From the NCBI RefSeq assembly GCF_000150275.1, contig NW_002060950.1, positions 918,106 through 982,105 of the forward strand: DNA of 64,000 bases, in the 5' to 3' direction. Below the pieces are notes generated by a model. The model saw only the letters and a list, made by a program, of their open reading frames with translations. It was not told where the DNA came from and did no database searches. The stretch is from Trichoplax adhaerens (taxonomy: Eukaryota > Animalia > Placozoa). This document shows positions 36,277-48,405 of this stretch, piece after piece (position 1 is the first letter of the stretch; every line of letters starts with the position of its first letter). Made by a program: the position numbers and the translations under genes.

Positions 36277-36918
36277 CCGTAGTATAACAGGTCGTAAAAC
36301 ATTACTTTCTACTGTACTTTTTAACTAATTCAAGTTCGATTTATTTTCTACATTTTTTTGCCTTCTTTTACCGCTGATGATATTAGCTCTGTCATGAAAG
36401 TAACGAAATTAACGATGTAAATAATAATTAATTTTGGTGATTTTAAAAGTAGTATAATATGCTTTTAATTATGGAATAATAATCCGAAACTTGGACAACG
36501 TTGACAATAGCCAACTACGAAATTATTTTGTTATTAAAATTATATCAAACATTTATTTTAAATAAAATGGAATCTTGATCATTTTCGCTAAAGTAACATT
36601 TCTTTTATTGTTACGTGAAATAACTTAATATACCCAAAATGATGTGATTGATGTAAAAATAAATCATTATATTATGCGAAAAAGAATTAATAACCAAAGA
36701 GTTATAGGTCGCCAGCAAGGTTCAATCCATGTCATACAACATTTTCAAATTTATAAAAAAGGACATTTGATTGTCAACTATCGTTAACGCGTCAAAATAT
36801 GTTAGAATGAAATAGAATAATTAAAAATTTGGAATAATCCTGCTGGTTGTCTGCATTATTTCAAAGCGTTGTATTCTAACTGGAATTCTTACAAAATTAT
36901 ATAAATTCTTATTTAAAG

Positions 36919-37537
36919 CTATTGAAAGAAGTCGTCTACTGTAACATCGGCATTTTGATTGGAATCATTGTTGCTTCGGCTTTTATTGCTGCTCTTATGA
37001 CTTCGATTAGTTTCATTCAGGATCGGTTCAGTATCATCCATGCTATACTTTCTTTCTTTCGACGATTTTGCTCTCCTAAAAGATAAAGCCGTTCTTATCA
37101 ATTTCAAAATAATATCCTAATTGATATCAGTACGTGCCCCTTTTCACTCTTAATAAAACCGTGGACTAACTCATGAATCCAATCAAGTTCAAAATAACCT
37201 ACTTTTTCTCCTTTTTAGTTTTAGTAGAAGTTGGCCTGGGAAGATCGTCTTCCGGAAAGATACTATCATTGGTAGCATGTGACTTATATTCTCGATTTTC
37301 TCTAATTCTCTCCGCTAATGGCTTGGTTTTTTCAAATTTTGATGTACTAAAAGGAAATAATTTTAAAATTGAACTCAAATGAATTTGATGTAGATGAATG
37401 TAACTTAATATAGTATCTAATTAATTTCCCATATCGGAATTTGTATTCCCTTGATTACAATATAAACTAACTTGACCTCGTCAGCTAGCTACGACATTTT
37501 TCATACGTAATTGAACTCACATAAAATTTACATCCAT
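36919..37537 (-). CDS. Small basic, probably disordered orphan protein (3 exons, 111 aa)
   Basis: Exons 37537-37521 (strong GTGAGT donor), 37346-37203 and 37093-36919 join in frame: MDVNFITSKFEKTKPLAERIRENREYK...KTALSFRRAKSSKERK...DVTVDDFFQ*. An additional 5' exon cannot be excluded. Confidence 0.6.
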
Positions 37538-38428
37538 CCAGATCTCAACTAAAGTACAGTTTATTTAACTGACGATGACAAAAAATTGTACGTTGATAAG
37601 TTATATTATTTACTTTTACTCTACAACAAAGCTGACAAAGTAAAATTGTCGAGATCATTATACAGTTAAAATGAAATTATTTTGAAGCCAAGTACAGGTA
37701 TGTGTAATAGGCAACGAATTACGATTAAAATTTGCTTCATTATTGTGTAGTATCATAATAGCTAAGTTAATGTACAACTTTATAATAGTATTATTGTAGA
37801 AAGTGCCCAGCGGCATCCATCTTTTGTATTAGCTTATATAAGACACCTACAAATGAGTAGATGTATCAATGTGATGAAATCTAAGCGATATTGTTAGGGT
37901 GAACTAATTCTGCTATTATAGTTATCAGGAGTTAATTAGCCCTGATTGCATTTAAATCATACTTTATGCTATTTTGTTGGCTAAGTTTACCAAAATGACA
38001 ACAAAGCCAATATCACAAATACTAGGTAGCAGACTAGCAATGGCATAATGGCTAACATAATTACAATGCTAGTTTAGTCGAAATAATGCAATGGTATATT
38101 CATATGCATCAATTCATCTATCCATTATGATTGTTATCCTTGTATAAGAGTAATGATTGGCTAAGCTAGTAGTTTATGGCAATGATGTATTACATATGTA
38201 TAAACACATCGCCTTGTCAGGTTATATTATACTTTTATTGGATAATTTTATCATATAAAGCTCTATCTCATTACTTATTTGATAAGCTATATTAACTGAG
38301 CTATACTTTTTTAATAATTTCTGATGGTGCTAGATTCGACGACCATAGCCTTGATATGCTACTAATATAGTTTCGATGTGGTTGATTCTTGGTTTAAAGG
38401 CGATAATAATTTGCTACATACGATGTAC

Positions 38429-41400
38429 TTACATCAATTTGGTTTTTCCGTTTTTCTTCTTATTTTTAGCCTTGGGATTTTTATATTCAGAATCGTAGAT
38501 AACTTTGAGCATATTAGACAACTCTTCGCTGGTTTTTCTTGGGAAAAGCAATTTTAAGACTTCCATGAGTTCTTCTTGTTCAAATTTACCAAGTTTGACT
38601 AATGAACCAATTAATCTTAATTGTTGTTCTTCGACGGCTTTAAATTCTTTCAATCGAAATTCGCGGTTTAAGTCTTCTAGGCTTTGACGAATACGTACAT
38701 CCATGCTCTGCTTGTATTGCTCTAGTTCTTCGTTAAATTTAGCCTTTAACATTGCTCTTCTAACGTGCCAGGCAAATTTGTTACCTTCTGCTTTTGCTGC
38801 TTTCATTGTGTCCTTCAGTATAAAAAATGAGGTATTACTATAATTAGGTATATATTGAAACCACTTGATACACTAGAAGCTATAAAATATTGCTATAAGT
38901 CAGAGTGAATACTACAGTCACAATTAAATATACCATCTAGTAATATTATCAATATAATTTAACAATTAATAACAATTTCGAAATTAAATTATTTACGTCG
39001 TGTTCCCTTCTTATAGCGTTAATATTTTGCTCTCTCATTCTGCTTAATCGCTCTTCTAATAACTATAAAAAAATAAGTAATAATTTTATTACCAAGCTAA
39101 GTGATTACACTACTTTGTATATTATTATTGAGCATGTTTTAAATTAATAAATCACCCAAAGTATTACATAAATCCTTACCTTGGCTTGCTTTTCACGTTC
39201 TTGAGTCAATTTTTTGTTTAGTCGATCTACTCCCTAAATAGTTTAAGTATAATCACGCGTCATAAGACGTATTCCAAGATAGTGCAATATTATATAGCTC
39301 ATCTGATGCTAACTTCATTGTGTTTTTCGAAAATTTCTTGAGATCCAGAAGTATCTACAACTCCACGATCAGCAAGATCGTCGATCATATTTAACTATAG
39401 CCCAATTATAAATAAGTTCTATTAGCTATCGATCAGCATAGTACACGAGTAGTATTACATAGACGAAGATAAATTCATTTCCTAACTTGTGCACACCAAG
39501 CTTACCTGTAATTTAGCTAAAGTTTGCTGTTGGGATTCAATTACAGCAAGCTATGAATATAATAGTGCCATAAATTAGCATATCTTGCCTGCTATGATGC
39601 ATTAGTTCTGTTTTCATACTATATTATTTCAAGATAACCGAGAATGGAGTAGGTATACTATAGTAAATACTAGAGATCTGTGATACCTGTCTTGCTTTCT
39701 CCATTTGCAAAGATGCAACCATAGCGCCAAGTTTTTCCTCTTGTTCCATTAATGCTATTTCTCTTTGTTGGATCATTTCTTCTTGAATCTATATTGTAAA
39801 ATAAAAGCAACTCAGTTACAAGATACAATATTGCAAAAACGAATATTATATAAGTTCATTCAAATATAACTAACATCTTCTAGAACATCTTCTCCAAATT
39901 GTTCTGCAAGTTGTAGCATTTTTGTTTTCTCGCCGATTTCTTTCTGTATCATGTTGAAATCAACATCATCCGCTTTAGCATTTGCTTCGTTAACATCTTC
40001 AACTTCCTCTTCAATTTTATTTTGCATTTTCTACACGGTAACAATAGTTTTAGAATCCTTTTTATACGGGTTATAATTAGTATTCAGTTAGGATTTAGGG
40101 CATAAGAATAACGCATTGCTGGTATTAAATTCAGAGGGTGAAATTAATTATGGTAACTTTTGTCATGACTCTGTAAAGTAATTTTATGGCATTTTGATAT
40201 TTTCGTAACTACATAATTATACATTAAAATGAAATGACTGCGTTCTCATATTAATAGTCCTAGTCGAATCGATATCTTCCAGCTTCTAGCGGGTAATTTT
40301 ACGGTATGAGAATAACTTAGGAGATATAAAGCTGTAATGAAATTGCTATTTTTTTACTCTTGGTTCTAGTCAAATCAATATCTTGCAGCCTATAATCGAT
40401 AATTTTAATTACCTTTGTCTCTTTCCTAATCTTACGTTCGATTTTTTCAGTTTCACGATTCTTCCGATTTGAAAGCTTTTCTTGAATTAATCGTTTTTGG
40501 CGTAGTTTATTCAATGCCAAACTAATAAATGTTGATTTTATTAATATTAATTATATTATTCCTTCAATATCGCTATTCAACTCCAAATAGTGGAAATGAA
40601 AGGAGAGCTTTAGAGGTGTATATACTCGTATTAGGTTTATGCTTGCTTATTCACTTGCCTTGTTACAGGGCGATTTATAGTATGTAGCAAAACAGATAAT
40701 AGCAAGATAGCCTACAAGAAATTCTGCTTGTGTATACGGCAGTTCGAGCTAACGATTCTTATCCTACCTGTTAGAGATTTTAGCAGCTTGTTTATCATGT
40801 TCCTGAATTAATTTTTTCCTATCTTCTTGAGATAGAACTAGCTGGTTGTCTATAATTTGGCTATTAGAGTAAATATATATTGAATTCGATGTAATATGAA
40901 CAGTTTAATATCAAGAAAACAAGAGTCGATTAAATATTTTAAGTTTACTTGCACTAATATTCAAATAGAGGTATTATCGGATTTTCCAACTTACTTTACA
41001 AGTTTCTCTTCATGCTGTAAAGCGGACTCTTCAGCTTCAATTTCCTTTTGACGTCTTTCCTTCATTCTTTTTCTTGATTCTTTTAGTCGTTCCTACACAA
41101 GCATTAATAAAATAGATCAGCATGATAGTTGGCAACATTAAAATAATTTCATATCTACTGCTGAAATGTCTATTTACTTGTAATTGCTCTCGCTGTCGAT
41201 TTGATTCTTGTTCATATGCAGCTTGAGACTGTTCCAAATTATTAAAATAGTTGTTGAAAATTTGGCCTGAAGATTGCTCTAACGAACCAACTGGGATATT
41301 TTGAAATAAGTTATAAAAATCTCTTTAGTATAATCAATTACGTAAACAACATTATTTTTGTTTAATAACTTTAATTGCCAGTATACTAACCAGTTTTTTG

Positions 41401-44400
41401 TAAAGTTTTTACAAAATTATCAATATTTGCACGCATCTGCTTAATAATATCTAGCGATAGTTGTCGGAGGCTAGTTTGAACCTCTTCAATAGCCTAAAAT
41501 TAACAAGAAGAGTAGTACACTAATCAATTAAACTCATTCGATTCGTATAAGTATGGAATTTTTCAGTATATTTGTGCAGCATGGCATTGTATTACGTCCT
41601 ATTATTGCGTGACTCCATTGTGATCTCATTTAGACCATAATATACGTAAAATTAGACGAGATTACTGATATTGAGCAAAAATATGATAATCACTGAAATT
41701 CTTAATAAATTCAGTATTAGCGCATTTCTTTTTACCTTACTATCCATTTTGGCAACAACAATTTCCATTTCCTCTCGTTGATCATTAACCAGGGAACTCT
41801 TCTGTCTGATAAGCTGATCAATTGCTGTACAGTAAACACAGATAAGATATTAATAAAATGTTAACTCATATGCATATCAAGCAGTAATGCTGGCATGATC
41901 TTAAATTTTAACTGGTGAAATAATTTGCCGTATTTTTGATGAGGAAAGAACATAAAATTATGGAAAGTATGGAACGTCTATCTTACTTATTTTGCCGTTT
42001 TTTAGGTCGTCTTGCATATGTGAAAATTTTTCATCACGAAATTTTTTGTGCTCTTGGCTCTATAAGTTAACATGGAAATGAGAAGTTTAATTAATAGATT
42101 GCCTTAACATTATATTATCTGCTCTGAGCGTAGATTAATGTTATTGGCACCTTTAAATTCTAAAGTATAGCTATTAACTGTACAAATTATCGCTGTTATT
42201 ATGTAGAATGTTGTGATCTATACTAAGAGTCTTTTGCTTATTAGATATAGATGATCCAGCAGCAAATGAATTAATGAACGTAATTACTTAAAATCCTTTA
42301 ATGACATCAAGTTTAGTTAGGTTGTCACGAAGGCGCTTGGCTGCAATAAGTTTCATTAGCCAGCAACAACAATAACTAGAACTGCAGTTTCCTTTTAGCA
42401 GTTACTTATTCGTTATCGTAAATTTAGATTATTATTCTAAATGTACCTTATAGTAGAAAATTATATATGTAAATCGCGTAATTATTAGTTAATTACCATT
42501 TGCTTTAGTTGCTTCTTTTGTTCATCTGTTAAGCGTTTTTGTAAACTACGACACAGATTCGTTTGATCGCGTTTAAATCGCTCGAATAACGCATCTCCTT
42601 CTTTATCGATCTTAAATATCAATTTTTCAGCTTGAGAACTTGAAATTTTTTGTTGTCTACAGCAAAGGATTGAAATCAATTGTGAGAAAGTTGTAGATAG
42701 TATTTGTTGCAATAATTGCTGTTACTCTTATGCTACATTTCTCACTAATGTATGCAAATATCAGTGGGTTCAGTTTTGAAAGCTACACCTTGCGTATCAA
42801 GTAAGCAAGTTATGAAGTAGCTATTTCGACATATAATATGGAATACAACAGCAATATTATTAATCCATTCAGAAATATTTTAGCTAATTCTATAGCCAAC
42901 TTACTGTATTAATTCATCCATGTGTTCTTTTTGGAAATCAATCATGCTTCTAATATTTTCGTGCGTATGTTTTCTTTCATTACTCTAAAGTAATCATTTA
43001 AAGATGATAGAATTGAATTCTAACAGATACGTAACTCTATTTGGAGATTTAGACATTATCACTTCTAGTTTAACTTAAAATAGATTAACGTATAAATAGT
43101 AACAAAGTTATTTATGTTCACATATGTCTGAAATATTATACGTAATGATATTGAAACTAGATTAAAGAAGGAAATTCCTACCAGTTCTTCGATCATTGCG
43201 CGTCGAGCTGATAATCGCTCTTCTAATACCATTCTCTGTCTAGCTACTTCTTCATTAAATATTTCCTCGTTAGCTCGAATATTTTCACTATGCTGCCTGA
43301 CTAGTTTATCAGCGTAGTCGGAGTTTATGTTATATTCTGCGATTAAATCGTTTAGCGTAATTTGTAACAGTTCTTTCAGCTCCAGCTTCTTATGAACCGC
43401 ACTTTCCTGTAACAAATTTATTATCTACTGTCAGAGAATATGCAATCCGTAACACACAAACGATAGTAGCATTTTATTTGTTATTATCAAGTATTACGGT
43501 ATGATGTATTAGATATCGACGATTTTTATATAATGATTTGGATTACTATTATACCTGCAGCCAAGCAAATACTATACAAATTATCAGAAGATATATCGAT
43601 GTTAATACCTTATCCAATAATTATAATTTTATACAGGTGATTATAAAATTAATTGTATTCTGCTTTTAGAGTCGAAACTTGATGCAATTTATAAGCTAGT
43701 TTCTTATTATTACATGGAGCTACAGCTAGATTAATGGCCAATAATCATTATCTTACTTTGCGCCTGTTCTCTTTAAGCTCTTCATTTTCTAAAGTAATTT
43801 CGTGCATTAAATCTTTCATTTCCAAACGATGCTGATCTTCCATCATTTCTAATAAATTTTTCTGTTTCTATATTAGATTGAGATTAATTGAAGTACGGAT
43901 TAGTTCTATTGTTGTCAAAAAGTACAAAGACAGATTATTTTTTACATAGAACGTTCTAATATTATAACATAAAGTGCTTCCTACACTATAAATATATATA
44001 TATTTATTATCAAAATATTCAATTAAATAGCTGAGTAGGCTATTTACAACGTCTAATAAGAGGTTTGAGATAAATCCGATGGTACCTTTTGTGCCATAGA
44101 TTTTACTCGCTCTCTAACATCCTGACTTTGTCGAAGTTGCTCTTCTTCCAACTTTTTAATTCTTGCCTAATGTATCGATAATATACACGTATACTTCGTA
44201 AATAAATATTTCTTAACTTAAAGTTTCAAATAATATCAAATTCTAGTCTAAAATCTGTACTTATTTTAAACTGACCTGATTCTTGAGGTTTAGATCCTCG
44301 ATAATGGAATTCATGTCTTTTATTGAATTTCTATATAAATCCCCTGAAACTTTATCCAAAGATTCATGGAAATCTTTGGAAATCTAGGCATATATTATTA

Positions 44401-47400
44401 AAAATTTTAATTATGAGTCCAGAGAATAGATTTCAAATATAATAGGTATCATTAAAATTCTATTAGACTGTGCTATCGCATTACAAATTCATACCTTTTT
44501 CTTGTCCTCGGGCCTGATTTCACCATTTCTTTCTATGTCATCAATCAATTCCGTAAAACTTCCAACTAATAATTCCTCGTATTGTTGTTCCATTTCGGCG
44601 TCAAATTGCAATGATATGGTTATATCAAGACTATAATTCAATAGCAGATAGAAATGAATGCCATCCAATGCAAGAAAAATATATATCGAAAAGTAAACAT
44701 TTTATCTAGTTGATCATTACATATCCAGTTCTAATTTTGCTTCTTTTTCGCTATGAATTCCAAGAATAGTAGAAATACTTTCCACAGGCGATATACTGTT
44801 AATAGTGATAGGAAGGTATAATTAATTTGATGGATTTGTTATAATATATCAAGATCGTATTATCATTTGTGTGATAATCTTGTATTATTTCTTAAAACAG
44901 ACTACTAATGAAGCTTGCCTTTTCATTTGATATAGTGTTGGAACTGGCTTAGCAGAATCTTGAGGTCTAATGGGGCTGCGATTGAATATCGTTGGCATTA
45001 AATTACGCACACCGCCGCCACTAGTTGTATCGTGATAATTGTCGTGCTGTTGTAAATTAAAAGTTTAGGAAGAACAAGTTTTTAGTTTATGTGCTTATGT
45101 GATTTTTTCTAACCTACAAGTTGATTGGATAATTGAAACGAAGAATAAAGGCAATATGTAGGCAAGATTTAGATCAATATATATATACTAAACTTACTGC
45201 AAAAGATGAGGTGGTTGGCGAGACTCGATTTTTTTTCCGAATAATAATATTATCGTAATTTTTGTGATCTGTATAGACATATCCGAAACCCATAAAAACG
45301 ACGATAAAGATACCGCCAATAACACCAAAAACTCCTGCTAGGATTGATTGTGTATTATTATACTAGAAATAGTAAAAGATTAGGATGATGAGATAAATTA
45401 CGTAAATTTGAGCAATTTCTATTATAAAGTGATCCATATTGACTACTAACGATCGTTCGGGTATAATAGTCAAGGGATATGCAACCGCGGTTTTTCGCAG
45501 TATTTGCCGATGTAGAAGCACTGTTATGATTCTGAGATAAAATAATAAAGGCGAAGAAATGCATCAGCCATAATGAATTACTTTTAGCTAAGATATCAGT
45601 ATTCTTTACTATATAGTACAAATAGTACGAAATTATTAAGATTGATGCAATTACCGATGTCGTTGATGAATAAGGTATTGGGATGGAACTTGGTAAAGTG
45701 TTAAATTCGACTTTTGTGTCAGATGTAAAATTAGTTGGTGCAGACTATAGGAGTATAAACATATATATATTAACATTATTTAGAATTACCGTTGCTAATT
45801 GTCAGTCTTAACATATGCAATTGTAATGATATTTTAAAAATTTTTTTCTTTTCATGCCATTTTACAATAAAAGTTAACAAGAAGTTCACGTACATACAAT
45901 ACAGATAGCTTACCTGAGGTGTAGACTGAATTAAAGCTCGATAAGAGACGGTATAATTCATTCCAACTATGCATATAATAAGATATTTCAAAGCATGGAA
46001 TGAGTGATAAAATAAGACAGATATTCATAAAGGTTATTTTATCTTAGCATTATACTACTCCCCAAAAAAGGTAAACAAAATCTTATCGTAAGGAATAAAA
46101 ACATTATATGAGCATCCTTTAGGATAAATTACGGATAAAACATGGTGAAATCATGATATTTCGATTTTACTTACAATTCAAAACTGGTATAGAAATGTTA
46201 GTTATTAAGAATCGTCCACGCTGAATAACTGAAAAGTATGTAGTCGGTATCTGAGGAATAAATCCTGGACTAACCGATGTATCCAGTGTATCAAATATCG
46301 TCACATTATATGCCAAAGCTGTTGATGAAATTTTATGCGAAACAATAATTTTGAAATTGACAGAAGCTTGCAAATTGGTTTCTTCCGCCTATTTTACAAG
46401 AACAAATAATTAAAATGGAAACTACATATACCACCTAGTATAAGTTAGAAAGAAAAATGTCCATAACATGGAACAATCATTTTAGCGCTCATCATACCTT
46501 AGCCTCCTTCCAGACTTTTAAAATTGGTCGGACTAAATCTAGGATTATTGATTGATCAAAAGTTGCTCTATCTATGTTATTATAAGTTGGGCGAAACCAG
46601 AGATTGCAGCGTTCTCTGGGTACTGGAATGGCATTATACGGTGAAGTATGTAGAAAAAGAAACTGTATTGGGAAAAAAGAAAAAGCAATAGCGTTTATGG
46701 CAATAATATGAGGTAATAGAAAAAGAGTTTTACAGCTACAGATAATGACAAATCATGATAATTAGCTAGTATGATGATAAGATTGCTAAATGACCGGTCG
46801 TGAGGCTAACCTCGAGATCGACGGTAGTCATGGTAGAATTGGCATTTGGTGAAAATTCTACGTCTCCCATATTGATAAAAAATGAAGTTGTAGAGGTAGA
46901 ATAATCGAGTGAATTACTGAGGCCAGTTAATGTAAGTGATTGTTTATTGACGTTGGATGATAGATGATAGGTGACGGAGGGTTTTGGCGGAGCATAAAAT
47001 TGAGTTAACGAAAGAGCAGGTACATTGTTTGGATTGATACCAATAGCGTCTGTAATAATAGCATAGATAATGTTACATTTCAAGATTGTGCAATACTCTT
47101 GACTGTCTGTACGAATTAAAACGCTGTTAATCAGGATATATTTGTTTAGATTGAGTTAATTATTTACCAACGACTTACCAATATTGAAGATAATGTGATT
47201 TCTGCCTCTAGGTAATTGAATTGGTACGACAACTTTAAGGGTTTCGCCTTCAGTCAGGTTATTTAGAAGGGTAGCAGGCCAGTTTAAAGTTGGATAAGTT
47301 ATTGGGTTTTGAATTGTAATTCCAGCCATTCTAATACTGGTAGTATTTGATATTGTTTTCATATTACCGTCTAGTTTAATCAGGGGAGAAAAATTACGAA

Positions 47401-48015
47401 TTTAAAATCATATAGCGTATTCTTATCTATTCTTAATTGATATTCATTTATCTCTCATTTTCTAGTTATCATCAAAGCGCTTTCAACAAGTAACATATTT
47501 ATTTTTTCATATTTTATTGGCAAAATGAGAAGAAAAAAACATCGGTATAGTGGCTTACCGTCGTCAGTGTAATTAGCTGAGACTGTAAAATAAATATATC
47601 GTCGTTGTTTGACATTATTATCCACGGTGAAATCTGCTTCAAATTGAATATCGAATTTAGCGTTTAAAAATTCAACAACAGCTCCGTCGTAAAAAGTTTG
47701 TGATGCTAATGTTGTATAGTTGTCAGTAGGAGATTCAGCATAAGAATAAGAGCTGGGCAAGCGATTTTGCATACCACTGATAGAACCATAAAGCGTGACA
47801 TTACTTGTACTCGTTGGGTTTATAAATTTATTGGTTAAGTTATAAATCAATGTTAACTTTGAACCCACAGTAGGAATAGGATCATTGGATTTAATAGCCA
47901 ATATTAAGTGAAAGGGTTGACCAGTGGAATTGTCGTTATCCGCATTCACAAGACTCCAATTACAAATACTAACCAGGAGTAAAAAATAAACTAAGTTACC
48001 ACCATCAATGGCCAT
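38429..48015 (-). CDS. EVC2: Limbin/EVC2-like type I membrane ciliary protein (many exons)
   Basis: Signal peptide (MAIDGGNLVYFLLLVSICNWSLVNA), S/T/N-rich ectodomain exons, TM ILAGVFGVIGGIFIVVFMGFGYVY (~45270-45345), then long coiled-coil exons. AVHKKLELKELL...ADKLVRQHSENIRANEEIFNEEVARQRMVLEERLSARR and ISTILG...LDITISLQFDAEWE...IERNGEIRPE follow the pattern of human EVC2 as recalled. Not every exon boundary was resolved. Confidence 0.8.
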
Positions 48016-48391
48016 TTTATCAAGGTGACGGCTAGGCCCTTGAATTTTTATTCAATTGCAAGAAGAAAAAGAACAGCAGTAAATTGGAGACAGTATAAGA
48101 ACCAAATCCAAATAGAAACTAGGCCGTCGTTTCAATTAGATCAACGAGCCCTATTTCGAAGTTAAAAGAGATTGAATTTTTTCCTCTTCTCCCCCAATGT
48201 TTGAAAGTTATGAATGACAAAACAAAAGGTAATCAATTTCTTGTATAGGGTTGCGTTAGTGTAGGGGGTCCTATTTAGAATAGCGAAAAAAATATACTAG
48301 TAGAATTAGCAGAGCTTACAGTAGTATATGGATGTGGCTGGCCATCGTGACTGACAAGTAGCGCATTTTGCATATAGTGCTGATTGAAAGT

Positions 48392-48405
48392 GTTGCTATA
48401 GTAAC
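48392..48405. promoter_or_regulatory. RFX X-box upstream of EVC2
   Basis: GTTGCTATAGTAAC fits GTTNCY-AT-RGYAAC, lies ~380 bp upstream of the EVC2 ATG and overlaps a CCAAT by one base. Confidence 0.7.
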
